A stretch of 62,310 bases of DNA, filler included, from Squatina squatina (Eukaryota), in assembly GCA_031763465.1 (NCBI GenBank). It is 4 parts of 4 records of this genome, joined end to end, with 100 filler letters (N's around TTAATTAATTAA, not from the genome) between each part and the next. Parts side by side here need not be neighbours in the genome. Positions count along the whole stretch, not along the records: positions 14,474 to 29,225 come from JARFOE010000019.1; positions 29,326 to 44,380 come from JARFOE010000176.1; 2 more parts are not named here. One strand, written 5' to 3'. Both the position numbers and the translations under genes were made by a program. Of the stretch, positions 26,023 through 39,360 are shown one piece after another. Below the pieces are notes generated by a model. It was not told where the DNA came from, made no database searches, and saw nothing but the letters and a program-made list of their open reading frames with translations. Every line of letters begins with the position of its first letter. Positions within the stretch are counted from its first letter, which is position 1.

Positions 26023-29000
26023 TGACAACGAGTGTGATCCATTGTATTTTCACTTTTTAATCCAATAGTATTTTGGGAGACGAAGTGAAAATTTTGAAAG
26101 AAAGCTTAAAGCTTTGATCAGTTTTGGTGGTCCCCTACCAAGTGCCTGAATTGTTAAGTAAATGTTTAGCTTTACACCCACACGTGGCCTCTTCTTTGCA
26201 GCATTCTCCAGGCATTTAAGCTCACTTGACAGTTTATTTTAGCCAGTGTCCACTCTCCCATTAGGTCTTTGACGAGTGAAGTTACTTTTGTTCTGCTCTG
26301 TTGCACAGTGTAAGAAAGTAAGCTAATCAATAGAAGATAAGAGAGCAATTAACAGTCTTTTAAAGATAAGATCCACCCCGGCTCTCTTCCGATAAGAATC
26401 TCAAGTACTTACAATCACTGGCACTAATCATTTCTCTTTTCTAATGTGGTGTAAAGAATTAACCATTAGTGAGATACTTTTTTTGTAAGATATTTGGCTG
26501 CTCCTTTAACCCCGGGCTTTTAACGCTGGACTGAAGTGAAAAAACAACCATTTTGACAGAATTTGGATGGAAATCACACAAAACATTTGTGAGGCAAGTG
26601 TTTGGTGAAAGGCGTATTTTAATGTTGTTGGCGGCAACGAACAGCTTCAGGCTAAATAAAGCAACTGCTTCTTCAAGCATAATTGATTCCATTATATAAT
26701 CAAATACGCAGCACATAAGCAAAGGCTCGAGACCTGTAAATAAATGAAATGTCATGAAATTTATAAACATGTGTTGCACTTTAGTGCAGTGCCGAGGGAG
26801 TGCTGCACTGACAGAGGTGCCGTCTTTCANNNNNNNNNNNNNNNNNNNNNNNNNNNNNNNNNNNNNNNNNNNNNNNNNNNNNNNNNNNNNNNNNNNNNNN
26901 NNNNNNNNNNNNNNNNNNNNNNNNNNNNNGGGAAGATTTGAAAAATGTGCAGCCTGCAAGAATGCTTTTTTTCTGTTGTAATTCACCAAACGGGAATGCC
27001 TGCCTTGCACAGCAGGCTTGCTCGAGGGTAGCCGAGTCAAATTTGCCAATCCGCATCAAAAGGCTGGGTGTGAATTATAACTTTTAATTAAACAACATTG
27101 TACAACCAACAATGACATGCTTAAATGAGATTGCCACCCTGCAAAAGAAGCCAGACGACAATGTTGGAATGATAAATACCCGCAAATAAAAATCCTTTTG
27201 ATTTTAATATTCTTTCAGCGTGTTCAGTGACACATATGATAGATTAATAAACAGCCCCTCAGCATGAGTACTTGGCTGGTTGTCACCCTTCAGCAACCTT
27301 GGGCAACGCACAATGACAGTCTTATGTGAAAACGCTGCACACCTGGTCTATGCAGCACATGGAGTCTCGATGCGCGTTAAAGCCACTGCTTACACCTTTT
27401 GCCAGTTACTCATGCATGGAGGAACCCCTTCTGAAATAGCAATACATTTCCCAGGTTGTTCATTCAACGCACCATGAATAAGAGTTAAATATTACCAGAG
27501 GCTAACGTGAATGGGACCCTTCTCTCAGCAACAGTGCAAAACAACCCATTAGCCAGCACAAATTTCAGGCACTGCAGGCAAGTTGACTTTGGAAAGTGCT
27601 AGTATTTTTACACCTTGAATAACAAGTTTCAGGACTGAGACACTTGAACTGTAGAATCATCACAGACAAAAAATATTCTATTCTAGCAGGACCTTTCTTT
27701 GTGTGTGCTGTACAGNNNNNNNNNNNNNNNNNNNNNNNNNNNNNNNNNNNNNNNNNNNNNNNNNNNNNNNNNNNNNNNNNNNNNNNNNNNNNNNNNNNNN
27801 NNNNNNNNNNNNNNNTTTCAAAGGAAGAGGGATTTGCTAATAAAAAAGCAAAACAAATTCGTTTCTGTCTGCTCCCAGCTGGTGAAATGCGACAGAGATG
27901 GGAGGGTGGGGGGTGGAAACAGGAGCCAGCTTTCCTCCCCATCCTCTCACCCTGCTGTGCTTAACACACAGCAGATGCCAATGGCTAAGAGTGTCGAATC
28001 TTTCTATACACGATTAGTTACAGTTCCCTGTTACAAGGTAGGGTTGTTAGGGCCTCGCTGCTTGTGATACAAGCCCTTAGGTAAACTTGGGTAACAAGAC
28101 CTAAATCAACCTTGGTGCAAACACCAGATACAGAGCTCCGGGAACTGCGACATTTATAGGGCACATCATTAAACAGTTCAATGTTCTTCACGGTCATCCC
28201 ACCATAAAATTCTGAAGCTTGCGAAGTGCTTAATATTTCATGGGATTGTGCCTCCTACTCAGCTGTAATGTTTATCAACACAGTCACAAGCAGAAACAAA
28301 ACTCAGCCCCCGTCCTAGTCTAGGACCATCACTATTATGCTGCATGTTATTGAATGACTTTGATAAAGCCATAGACGCTAATTAGCTGGCTGCAATAATA
28401 TATCAAAATACTTTCTCTGACACTTTTTCGTTTCCGCAGGGATTTTTTTTCTTTCTCATTCTGGATTTGCTTGTCTTGTCTCACAGACTGACCATGGGAA
28501 TGAATGTGAGCGCTTCGGATTACACGGGCCAGCTAATTTCTCACACAACAAACCTCCTTTCTCTCTCGCTCTATCTGTCCTTCAGCCCCTGGCCACTAAT
28601 TTGTTTTGTTGCCTCTCTCTCTAAGAGCTTTTGGTGTGCGTCTTCCTGTTTCGAGAGGAAAACAAAAGGCCAAAAAACACCACCTGATATCCCTTTGGGC
28701 ATTCACTTTGTGTCTTACAAGATCACTATCTGCCATTTGTTGGTAGATGCCAAGAAGGGGGAGGTAGACTGTGTCAAAGAGCATATTTCATAACTCTTCC
28801 TGACAAAGGGCTATACACTGCCCAATAACAGAGGTAATATAATGCCTCTTCGTGTAGCAAACTTACAAGTATTCAGCAAACTTTCATATTTAATGGCCAT
28901 ATCAATGCATCTTTAACTTAAATGCACTGAATCGTAAATTTAATGTTTTAAAGTGGAATAATGTACATTAAATAACCAAAAGAGAACCCATAAAAATCAA

Positions 29001-29225
29001 TCACCATAACCTAGCTGTTTAGTCAGCAGTATTAATTTGTTTGGAGATTTAAATAGTTTGATACAGGGTAATTCAGAGAAGGTCTCTATTAAGTCAGAAC
29101 CTATTTAACAGAGGACTGTGCAACTGTCCCTCCAGAATTCAGGAGAGATTTCCCTTGGCAAGTGGAAGCTGCAACAGATGGTACGGAACCTGCATAGCTT
29201 GAGGGCAGATCCTTCAGACAGTGAA

Positions 29226-29325
29226 NNNNNNNNNNNNNNNNNNNNNNNNNNNNNNNNNNNNNNNNNNNNTTAATTAATTAANNNNNNNNNNNNNNNNNNN
29301 NNNNNNNNNNNNNNNNNNNNNNNNN
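29226..29325. other. Artificial concatenation linker
   Basis: TTAATTAATTAA at 29270-29281 flanked by N44 on each side. Confidence 0.97.
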
Positions 29326-29639
29326 CATGTAAGCATAAACTTGGGCATACCTGTGTGGTGAGACAGCATTGTCACAATGACCTAATCAACATGTCCTTCA
29401 GTATACCTGATGACATAAATGTATCCCGGAGACCCAATTCTTTATAGGGTTAATTCAGCAGTTGTTTTATTTTGGTAATCAGTAGATACTGAGCATCTTC
29501 TCTGTTAGTTAAGCTACACTGCTGTGTAAACAGGGTAGATCTTGACTTTGACCTAATGTGAAATGAGATCAGAGTCACAAAATATATCTTTGGAACTTGT
29601 TAGCCAACTCAAAAATGTAGATATGCATGAAGATTAGGA

Positions 29640-29825
29640 GAAGACAGAATTGGGCTCAGTGCTTGTAACCCATGTGGATGAATAAGCTGGTGATACTCCG
29701 TATCCAGGCTCACTTGTAATGAATGACCACTGGGGTGAGATATAGGAGGGCTGTCAGCATCTGTTGAACTGTACCCCAGCATGAGGTAATGCTTTTACAA
29801 GAGATGGGGAGAAAAGTGAAGAAAA
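29640..29825 (+). mobile_element. AmnSINE2-like SINE, 3' half
   Basis: GACAGAATTGGGCTCAG..CAGGCTCAC..GAATGACCACTGGGGTGAGATATAGGAGGGCTGTCAGCA..GAACTGTACCCCAGCA..GGGGAGAAAA follows the recalled AmnSINE2 consensus. Confidence 0.65.
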
Positions 29826-32800
29826 AAATCCTATTTACCTGAAGAAAATATTTATGCATTTTTTTTATCCCAACAAAAGCACTTTACTTCAAACTGAGAT
29901 TAGCTTACTCATCTCTACATTTAAAAACTAAATTATTGTAACACAAAGAATGAATTATATCATTCTTATTGAAACACATCCAAAAATGGGTATCCAGTTA
30001 ACTAGAGAACCTGAAAGCAGAGTAGCACTAAAACTCTGTGTTGATTGATCCAGTCCACATAGCCTGCGGCTTAAGGCTGAGCTGTGTTCAGACTGGATGA
30101 TCTCCTAATAATAGGCTTTTAAAATAACCATTTACAAACCAAGGTCACATTACAACATCTTGCATCCAATGACAATACACTATACAACAGGCAGGCAGAT
30201 CGCACCGTTGAATATTGAAAGCGTTGTCATTTCCCCATCCTCATCTTGGAGAACCTTATTGGCAGCAGTGTCGTCAGCTGGCTTGGCCCCATGTTCTCTG
30301 CATTTCCCTCAAGACCCCCCTCAAATCCACCTTTGTCCAAGCTTATGGTGACTCCTAATAGTTCTTTCTTTGGCTTGCCGTCCATTTTTAAATGATGCCT
30401 TTGTGAAGCTATGTGGCATGTTTTTGTACCTTTAATGTGAAAAATAAATGCATGTTGTTGTTCAGAAGCGAAACACTGTGGATGCATGTTGTTGTTGTGT
30501 TTCAACACAACATACATCATTGCATTATGCGTTTGCTAAATGAGAAATGGTTTTAAAAATGCAGCAGTTAATTTAACTGTTAAATTCAACCCAAATCCAG
30601 CGGTGTCTGGGAGGAATGTCAGTGGGCAGCCTTAAAGGTTACATTAAAAATGGGCCACTTGCTGCCTGGAATCCTATCTAAGCCTGGGTGGAGTGGGAGA
30701 TCAGAATGGAATGACGACACTAAATGTTTGGCACAATATCACTTATTCTGGCTTTCCAATTTATAACACCACAATCAACAAAAGAACAATTAAAACAAAA
30801 CAATACAAATCCATCAATGCATCAATTGAGATTATCTCATATGCCCCCTGTTGAACTCAATAATTAGGCTCAGAGTTTCCTGATCTCGATCACAAACTCT
30901 TTATTTATTTGTATGATTCTAAATTACTTCAAAGACAGCTTGCATATGCTCTAACTTGGGAATACAATATCACACTTTGCAGACCAGGTCAAGAACAGTG
31001 GTCTGCCTCAAAAGGGAAAATTCAAAACAGATGTGTTACAAAGAGCATTCTATAATACACAGGGTTGTGAATGTCCCTGAGGGAGAAAAATAAGCAAAAA
31101 CAGCACGATCTCTTAGCAACATGTGCTACAAAGTAAGCAACAGCTTGGTTGGCATCTGAAAATTGAGGGTTTTTTTTGCCTTCTGCACTGGAAAAAATAA
31201 CATGACGTTTTTGGACAATTTAACATTCTCTACTATTGCTTATAAATCTACAAAACTTTCTTCACACATGTAACACTTTTAGTTCAGAGCAATTAATAAT
31301 CAAGACTTGTTTAGGATCGAGAAATGAAAATAAAGTAATTTCTTATGACAAAATAGCACAGCTGTAGGTTTGAGGGGTTCCCCTGTGGGTTTTCTGTGTG
31401 GTTAAGAAAATGTCACAAATTAACCCTTTAGTCTAAAAGTAACTGTGTGTGCGTGCATCAGTGATCCACAGTGAGTTTGGCTAGTTTTCAAATGAAATGT
31501 ATGAGAGTACCAGTAAAACACTCTCCCATTAGACCACAATCTCCACAATCACTTTAGCAAATAATATAACAGACTGTAGCTGATGTGAGTCAAGAATGCA
31601 AGCCCTGTATTGTCAATCTATGCAATTCACTGATCCTCGTCCTTCAATAAGCACTTCATCTGCTCACATACTGTTGAAACATGCCTGGAATTTAGCAGGG
31701 AAGAAAACTGAATCAAATCCAGAATCCAAGGTGTCCAAGTTGGAAAGGGCAAAACGCTTGGTCTAATTCGCACATCTACTGGTCTAGGGCACTTTGGATA
31801 GCAATATGTGGATGTTAAAAATTGGCTGCACTCATAGGCAATGGAAAAAAAGACCCACTCTGAACATGGAATGCCTTTTAATGTATTTCGCACACATTTC
31901 CTCCCATCATGGCAGTTACTGGATAAGCGGCTGGCAGCTGTGGTCGGAACAATAGCATCAAATGGAAAGATTTAAAAATATACGTAAGAACTATTTAATT
32001 TACCATCCCCTACTCAGTCTTGCATCAGAGAAAGCTGCAACTGTATTCCCTGGGAATCTAGTGGATGAATGTGTATTCATGCTCTCTGGTGGTCTAATAA
32101 TATTTGGGAAGTTACTGCCATGCAGCCAAAGTGAAAGATTTCCCTGTAGTGTTCATGGGCTGATCAATCCAGTGAGAGCATTACCCAATCAATGGTAGTG
32201 TTGCCAGGAAGTAGTCCCCATCAAAGTAGACCTGAGTGTGTCTTTCGATTTTCAATTGGTATTTGGGGAGGGGTGGAACACAGATGGGTCAATATTCACT
32301 TCTATTGGCTGGCGCTCATGGGACTCNNNNNNNNNNNNNNNNNNNNNNNNNNNNNNNNNNNNNNNNNNNNNNNNNNNNNNNNNNNNNNNNNNNNNNNNNN
32401 NNNNNNNNNNNNNNNNNNNNNNNNNNTAGTCAATTATCTAAAATGCCATAAAGAATTGCACCTGTGTTTGATACCATATACCACAGCTGGAACGGCTGGT
32501 TTACCAGCATTTTGGGACCATTTAAGGAAATCAAATATTCATACAGAGCATTACATGTAGTTCCTGTTAACCCTTAAAGCACTGAATGGCCTTTGCAGCT
32601 TACATGTGTTTTATATCACAAACCATTAAGAAGCATGATTATCTGAAAATGTGGGATTTGATCAGCCAGGTTCAGCAAAATCACTGGAACCATAGAATGG
32701 CATTTAATTCAGAGTATTCTCTGGATTAAATCAGAAATAACAAGCTTGTTTTTCTTCCCTTTCCTATTTTCTCTCCTTAAGGCAACAACTTAAAATGTGA

Positions 32801-32927
32801 TACAATTTCACTGGTGTCAATCGCCCTTCAGTGTTTCACCCTGCAGCTGTTTTTCGTCTGTGAATTAAACAATGAGTCTACTGAAGTCCTGGGCTGTGGA
32901 AGGACAGAAAAAGAGCTTTCCATCCAA

Positions 32928-33471
32928 AGGCCAGGAATTTGGGTTCTTCTCCATTTACACTGGCCAGGTAAATTCCCGTGAGGGGAGGACAAATTTCCTC
33001 CTACTTTTCCCACGCCAGAAGAGCACATTGGGAGAGTCCCTGGGCTAACCTGGAAATTCCCGACACACCCTTAGCAGGTCTTGGGGAAACGCAGGCCATC
33101 TGAGTGCTGGCATGTGTCCCAGTGAGGCCTGAAGAGTCTAGAAGCCAATGGTAATTGATCCTGAAGGGAATCAATTACCACCTAAAATTTTTCCACTAGC
33201 TCCCTGAGGAACCACTCTGACCTTCTCATTGGGCCATTCCCAGGTTTCCTTTATACAATCAGAGCAGCATTGTACTGCTGCAATATTGCTGCTGAGGCAT
33301 TGGGGATGGCACCTAAGAAGTGCCCTCATGGGCAATGGAACCCCTCCTGATCATTTAAATGATTCTATCTCCAGAATTGGTGATGGGGTCAGCGTCTGTG
33401 GATTTGAGCAGATGGAGGTTTCACTTCTTTGCACTTGCACAGCTGGTGTTGCACCCCCGGAATTTCAGGCC
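32928..33471. mobile_element. PIF/Harbinger-type MITE, decayed
   Basis: Ends GGCCAGGAATTT and GGAATTTCAGGCCC form imperfect inverted termini of the GGGCNGAAATT type. Confidence 0.45.
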
Positions 33472-35762
33472 CTGAGTGTCAGCAGGTTGCACTGGGACAG
33501 GAAGTGTCTGGCATAAGCTATGAGGGGCAGAACCTCCCTTATGCAAGGAGTTTCTATTTGTCTCGTGCAGTCAGGAACCAATGAATCTCTGGAAGCCGGT
33601 ATGCCGAATGACGAGGCATTGTGGCCTTCAGGTGGATGAATTTAAACCTGGAGCAGAAATTCTTGATTGAGCCCTTTACCAAGGAGGACATGGTCAGAGT
33701 CCGGGAGGGGGTTCTGGGCAACCCACCCAATGGTGGACAGGTGCCAATTCTCCAGCTGTATGAGGCAGCTGAGTGCTGGAGGTAGACCTATAATGGCATA
33801 TATGGCCTCTGATCCCTGTTAATTACTTGCCCTCCCACTGACTCCAGTGGGATTTGTGCCAGTGGGCATCAATGGGTGCGATCCCAGTGTAGTTACCAGG
33901 ATTGTGCCACAAGGAACTTTGGGGCCATTATCTTCAAGTTAGCTTCCTGGGTATCAAATGCATACACTGCAACTAGACTCCTGAAAATCATGACTCCATG
34001 TTAACATTGTGAACAATTAATTGGAAAAAATATACAATTGTTTGTTGCTCTAATTCCAGCTATAGATATATGTCTGACAACCAACATGATGGAAAACAGA
34101 TGGGGGCCAAAATTGGGTAGCGCCACATTAGAAATGGTGCACCACTGTTTAGCACTGAAACCATGCCAGTCCGTAATGGCATTATTTAGACGCGAAATTC
34201 GNNNNNNNNNNNNNNNNNNNNNNNNNNNNNNNNNNNNNNNNNNNNNNNNNNNNNNNNNNNNNNNNNNNNNNNNNNNNNNNNNNNNNNNNNNNNNNNNNNN
34301 NACATTGATTGAAGACAGAATTGAGATTGGCTGTGTTGTCTCTTATAGTGGTCAAATAGCCCACTAATATTTGCTTTCCAGGTGCACACATGGATGGTCA
34401 CGAGGGTGAGGTATTGGTGGATTTCCTTCCAAATGAAACTGTCTGTATCCAGCATTAATCAGCCCTTTCAGGGGAGAAGAGAAAACTGGGAAGAAAAGAT
34501 TCTGAAAGACTAATAAGCACTGCAGCACAGAAAAATAAGAAACAGTGATCGGAAATGAGTCTAAACTTCATCCCTGCAGCTGTGTATATAAGGCCACCAG
34601 GAAGATTTAGCTGTTAAAATAGTCCAGTTTAGTCACTGTAGAATTTTACATTTGAATGAGGGTTGAATTTGGCACCTTAGAAGTTCCGAAAAAACAGAAA
34701 CCAATGCCAGCAACATTTCAATACAAGGAATGCTGTGTGGGATCATTTTGTAATTTAATCTATCTCTTCAGTACACTTGGCTGTCTCTGAAGTGTTTTTA
34801 AGGTGACGGTTTTGATGTGTCATGTAGGAAAGGTCAGCGAAAGTGGGAGAAGCTGGCCACATGAGCCTGGAATTTGCTTATCAAGTTTCCCGATTGTGCT
34901 GTGTATGATCAGTCCCCAGCTGTCACACGCTGTGCATGCCTGTTTTCTTACCCACACGCCTTCCAGTTTAGGAAGGTCAAAACCGCTCATTATTGTTTCC
35001 CCTCCAGGGACTTTCTTTCGACAAGGAGAGCACGTTGTGAGCATCTGATACTGTCGGTTTGCTGCTCGCAGAATTTCTCATTTGCAATTCACCACCCCCC
35101 TACCATGAATCAGCACACTGACATGCAGTCGAAGGAAGATCCCTACATTGGCAGCTGAGTCACATGAATAGCTGGAATTGTTTGTTCCACACAAACTGCT
35201 TCCCAGAAAAACCACCAGAAAGTCCATATTTCAATAGAACAGTTTCTTTGTAACTGAGAAATTAAAGAAACAATCGTCCCCCCCAAATATACATTGTTTT
35301 TTTATCTGGGTCAACGGACTACATCATTGATATTAAAATGTGCATAATCTAGCCTTCCCAAATATTGCATGTAGTTTTTTTAAACAGCAATTGAGTTGAG
35401 TAAATTAAGATCTTTAGAATCATAGAAGCATTGAATCACAGGAGACCAAATTGGTTAGCAGCACCTTGGCAGCACTAGCCAAAAAAGGTTGTTTTAGCAC
35501 CAGTTTGAAGGCACTGCAAAATAATGTGGCATTGGTGTCTTAAAAAAATCGGTGGTGGCAATGCTGAGGTGCACTGGGGGCGCTACTAAGCTTATCTGTG
35601 GCGCTGATGGGGCGAACCGGTGTGAACTGGGGCCAATATCATTAGATCTTTATTGGGAGGTAAATCAGTTTCAGGAGCATTCTGGCCCTGAAAGGTAATG
35701 TGAAGCATCAATTCAGCTGCTGTCTCTGGTCATTTTCCTTAAAACTCTTCTGTGGAAGGTTC

Positions 35763-36380
35763 ATGATGACTGCAGCAGGTGGCTCCCAGATGTCGTGTCA
35801 TTTCTCGGACCAAGCCTTAGATACCTTGGTGGCATCGGTGGAGGCTTGGTGGGCGCACCTTTTTCTCTCATGGCAGGAAGGGCAGCACCATCGATGGTGA
35901 GGCCACTGTGGGTTCAGATAGCCAGGGAGGTCTCGGCAAACAATGTGGTTTGTGAAGATTGCAGCTCCATGCAGGAAGAAATTCAATGACCTAAGTCGAT
36001 CTGTCAAAGGAAGTAGGCTTTGGTGCTGACCCTATCTATCCGTTTCTCTGTGCTAAATGTCTGCAATGCACCAGCAAAGCCACAATGGCTGCAAATTGCA
36101 TCTGCCAATGCTTCCCCCATTCTCTGTGTGTCTTTGTCACATTCAAGACAGGCCAGGCCACGCATTGATGTAGCCTGTGGTCATGGACATGCTTCTCGCA
36201 CATATTTTGTGTTCTTTTGCAGGCAAAGGTAGCCCATAACAGAATGGAGGAGCAGTGGACTTGGGGAGGGGAATTTAACATCAGACCCCTCTCTGGCCTG
36301 GCGGAGAGAGTGCTGCGCCTCATCGGGCCACAGGTGGTGGAGCTGGTCGCTGCTGGTGGTGTGCAGCCTGCAGGTGGCCA
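35763..36380 (+). pseudogene. Decayed PIF/Harbinger Myb/SANT-like (NAIF1/MSANTD-type) accessory gene with one intron
   Basis: Stitched across two frameshifts: HFSDQALDTLVASVEAWWAHLF / LWVQIAREVSANNVV / CRKKFNDLSRSVK, an intron ending TTCTTTTGCAG (36222), then AKVAHNRMEEQWTWGG..IRPLSGLAERVLRLIG. Confidence 0.75.
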
Positions 36381-38879
36381 NNNNNNNNNNNNNNNNNNNN
36401 NNNNNNNNNNNNNNNNNNNNNNNNNNNNNNNNNNNNNNNNNNNNNNNNNNNNNNNNNNNNNNNNNNNNNNNNNNNNNNNNTGTGCTGTATCCTTCTCTGA
36501 TTCCCACGCCGTGCACATGTGCTTTTTTTTTAAACTCTTCTCAGTTTTATAATTGCCATACTGATATTTTAATTTAGTGCACATTAGGCTCACAGTTCCC
36601 TTATAACACTAATCTGGAGTCACAAACCTACTCCTTTATTAGACCCTCCTGTGGATCATGCAGTATTATATATCACAATAGCCTCTCATGACCTATAATC
36701 AATGTAATCTCAGCTCCACTTTTAACGGTCATTAGCCTTGTTTTCATTCTATTGAGGCTACAGTATGTATTATTTAAAAAATGGTACTGACTGAAAGGAT
36801 GTAATTTCACCGTAGCACTCAGATGACAGCCATAAACCAGTTGAGCTTCTTTCCCCTGATTTATGATATCATCTGAGCCCCTTGAGTAAATTATAGCCCT
36901 GATTACTCACTGAACCATACTAATTAAATATGTATGGACAATCAGAATTTCTCTTTTCCTGTGATTTTTGGATTATAATTTTGATAGCTGCACCATTACC
37001 ATATAGTAAATCACTGTCCCAAGTAGTTAACTGTTTTCATGGAGCACTTAAACATTTTTGTTATTTTTATTTTATTTTTTAATAAGTGTNNNNNNNNNNN
37101 NNNNNNNNNNNNNNNNNNNNNNNNNNNNNNNNNNNNNNNNNNNNNNNNNNNNNNNNNNNNNNNNNNNNNNNNNNNNNNNNNNNNNNNNNAAAAATGCAAT
37201 AGAAACAGTTCCAGAGGACTCACCCAAAGAACCTCTAGCATGTCTAATGTAGTAATGTTTTTCTCCCCTTCTGCAGAATAGTTTAGTAACAGCAAAAAGC
37301 TTGTAATAAAACAACTACAAAGGAAAAAGCCTATGATGGAAGGAGATTGGACCACTTTTGTAATCAGTTTTTAAATCATACACATCAATGGGCTTATGGT
37401 TTTGGAAAAAAAAAGATAATGCTAAGTATACAAGGTAAAAATTCTCTCCTTAATTTATCATTTCAAAAAAACTGTTCCTGCTGTGCGGTAATAGCATAGG
37501 GGTGGAAGCAGAGTGCTCAAACTCCCAAAGGACTGACTGAGAGCTATGAAATAAATGAGTTTTGCCAGAACTGCATTACCAGCGGTTGCACACACCTGCT
37601 TACTGCAAGATAAAGATAATGTGTAAATGTCTGGAAAGATTATATAAAAGCTGTCTAGTAGCCAAGGTGAGGCAATTAAGATCCATCTTCTGCAAATGCT
37701 GTGTGAACCCTAAGCTCCAGCCTAACAGAATTAATATTTTGTTTCACAATGGGGATTTTTCGTTAAAGCAAAGATACTGCAAAAATTATACAGGTTAATT
37801 AGGGAGGCAGTCNNNNNNNNNNNNNNNNNNNNNNNNNNNNNNNNNNNNNNNNNNNNNNNNNNNNNNNNNNNNNNNNNNNNNNNNNNNNNNNNNNNNNNNN
37901 NNNNNNNNNNNNCCAAAAAGTAGAAGCTGACGAAATGCCATATCGATCACAGCTGAGAAAAAACACCTCAGAATTTTCTGCAATTGCAATATTGGTGATG
38001 AACGCCACAAGATGGACTGTTGTTCTCCCCGATCATCTACCCACAATTTACTGAGAAAATAATTAGAATATGTCACAGGGAGCATAGCAAAGCATCGGGC
38101 CCATATCTGATCCACATCCAGGATACTGGGGCATGACAAAGAACAGAACAGGTTGTATAACATTTCCGTATAAGTAAAAGCTAAACAATTTGTGCCGATT
38201 TCCTGTTTTCATATTCAAAAAATTGATTAATATGGAGTTAATTTTTTTCTTATTTTGTAATTAATTCTCGTTGCTTATAATCCAGAGAATATGGAAGGGC
38301 ACTAGTGTGATAAAACAAGATTTGTTGCTGTTGCAAATCCCGGTGTCTGATTAATTTAACTTCTGACAGTCTATCTTGTCAGCAAGTGACTGGTTGCTTT
38401 AGTTTAAATAAATTTATGACATTAAAGTAAGGCTGGTTTGATAAGGACTGAAACTTTTACCGCCTCACACACAACTCACACCTTCATATAAAGCCGGTTT
38501 ATTTCACTCCCATTCTACCCCAGAGTTGTTGTATCGACCTGACTCTGGGTTATAGTGTGCCAGACACTTTATTGGCCGAGTTGGGTTCAATTATTTATAA
38601 ACTATACATCTAACAAAGATCAAATGTACTTGATGAAATTGTTCATATTTTCTTTCCTGATAATAGGGATTCTAGGAAAGATTAACTCCACTCAAGGTTG
38701 AAAGGGGGAAATCTAATAGTGGGAAAATTATGGTAGATAGTAATATATATTTTGCACCAGTTTTTACAAATATTGTGGAAATGAGAATGCAAGTATACTA
38801 AAGGTTAATGAACAATTGTTAGAGACAACTGTGAAAAAGTCATTGGTCCTGAAAAAAATTAGTGACCACTAACTCGAGG

Positions 38880-39360
38880 TGTCAAAGCTGTAGAAAAAAA
38901 GCAGAGGAGATAGCACAATCTCGACACATTTTTTCAATTCTCCTTAAATATGCAAATTGTGTCATGGGACTGGAGTGTAGCCAGTATGACATCTTCATTC
39001 AAGAAGGATAATTGGGTAATTATAGACCAGTTAGTCTAATATCAAACTCTTAAAATCCATAATTCAAAATAAAAGTTTGTGAACACTTAGAAATACATGG
39101 ATTAATCAAGGACAGAGAGCACAGATTTATTAAAGGCATGTTTGAAAATGTAATAGCTTTTTTGAAGAATTTAACAATTGGATAAATAGAAATAGATGTT
39201 GTGTATGTGGACCTTTAGAAGGCAGTTGATAAGATGTCTCACAGAAATCTGGTGGTGTAGCCCAGGGATCAGTCCACTTTAATTCTCAGTAAATATAGAT
39301 CATTTGGACTTGGGTACAGGGAGTGCAGTCTTGAAATTTGCTAATGACACACAAGTAGAG
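38880..39360 (+). mobile_element. Highly decayed CR1 RT fragment
   Basis: Remnants GGTAATTATAGACCAGTTAGTCTAA (GNYRPVSL), GATGTTGTGTATGTGGAC (DVVYVD) and AAATTTGCTAATGACAC. Confidence 0.75.
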
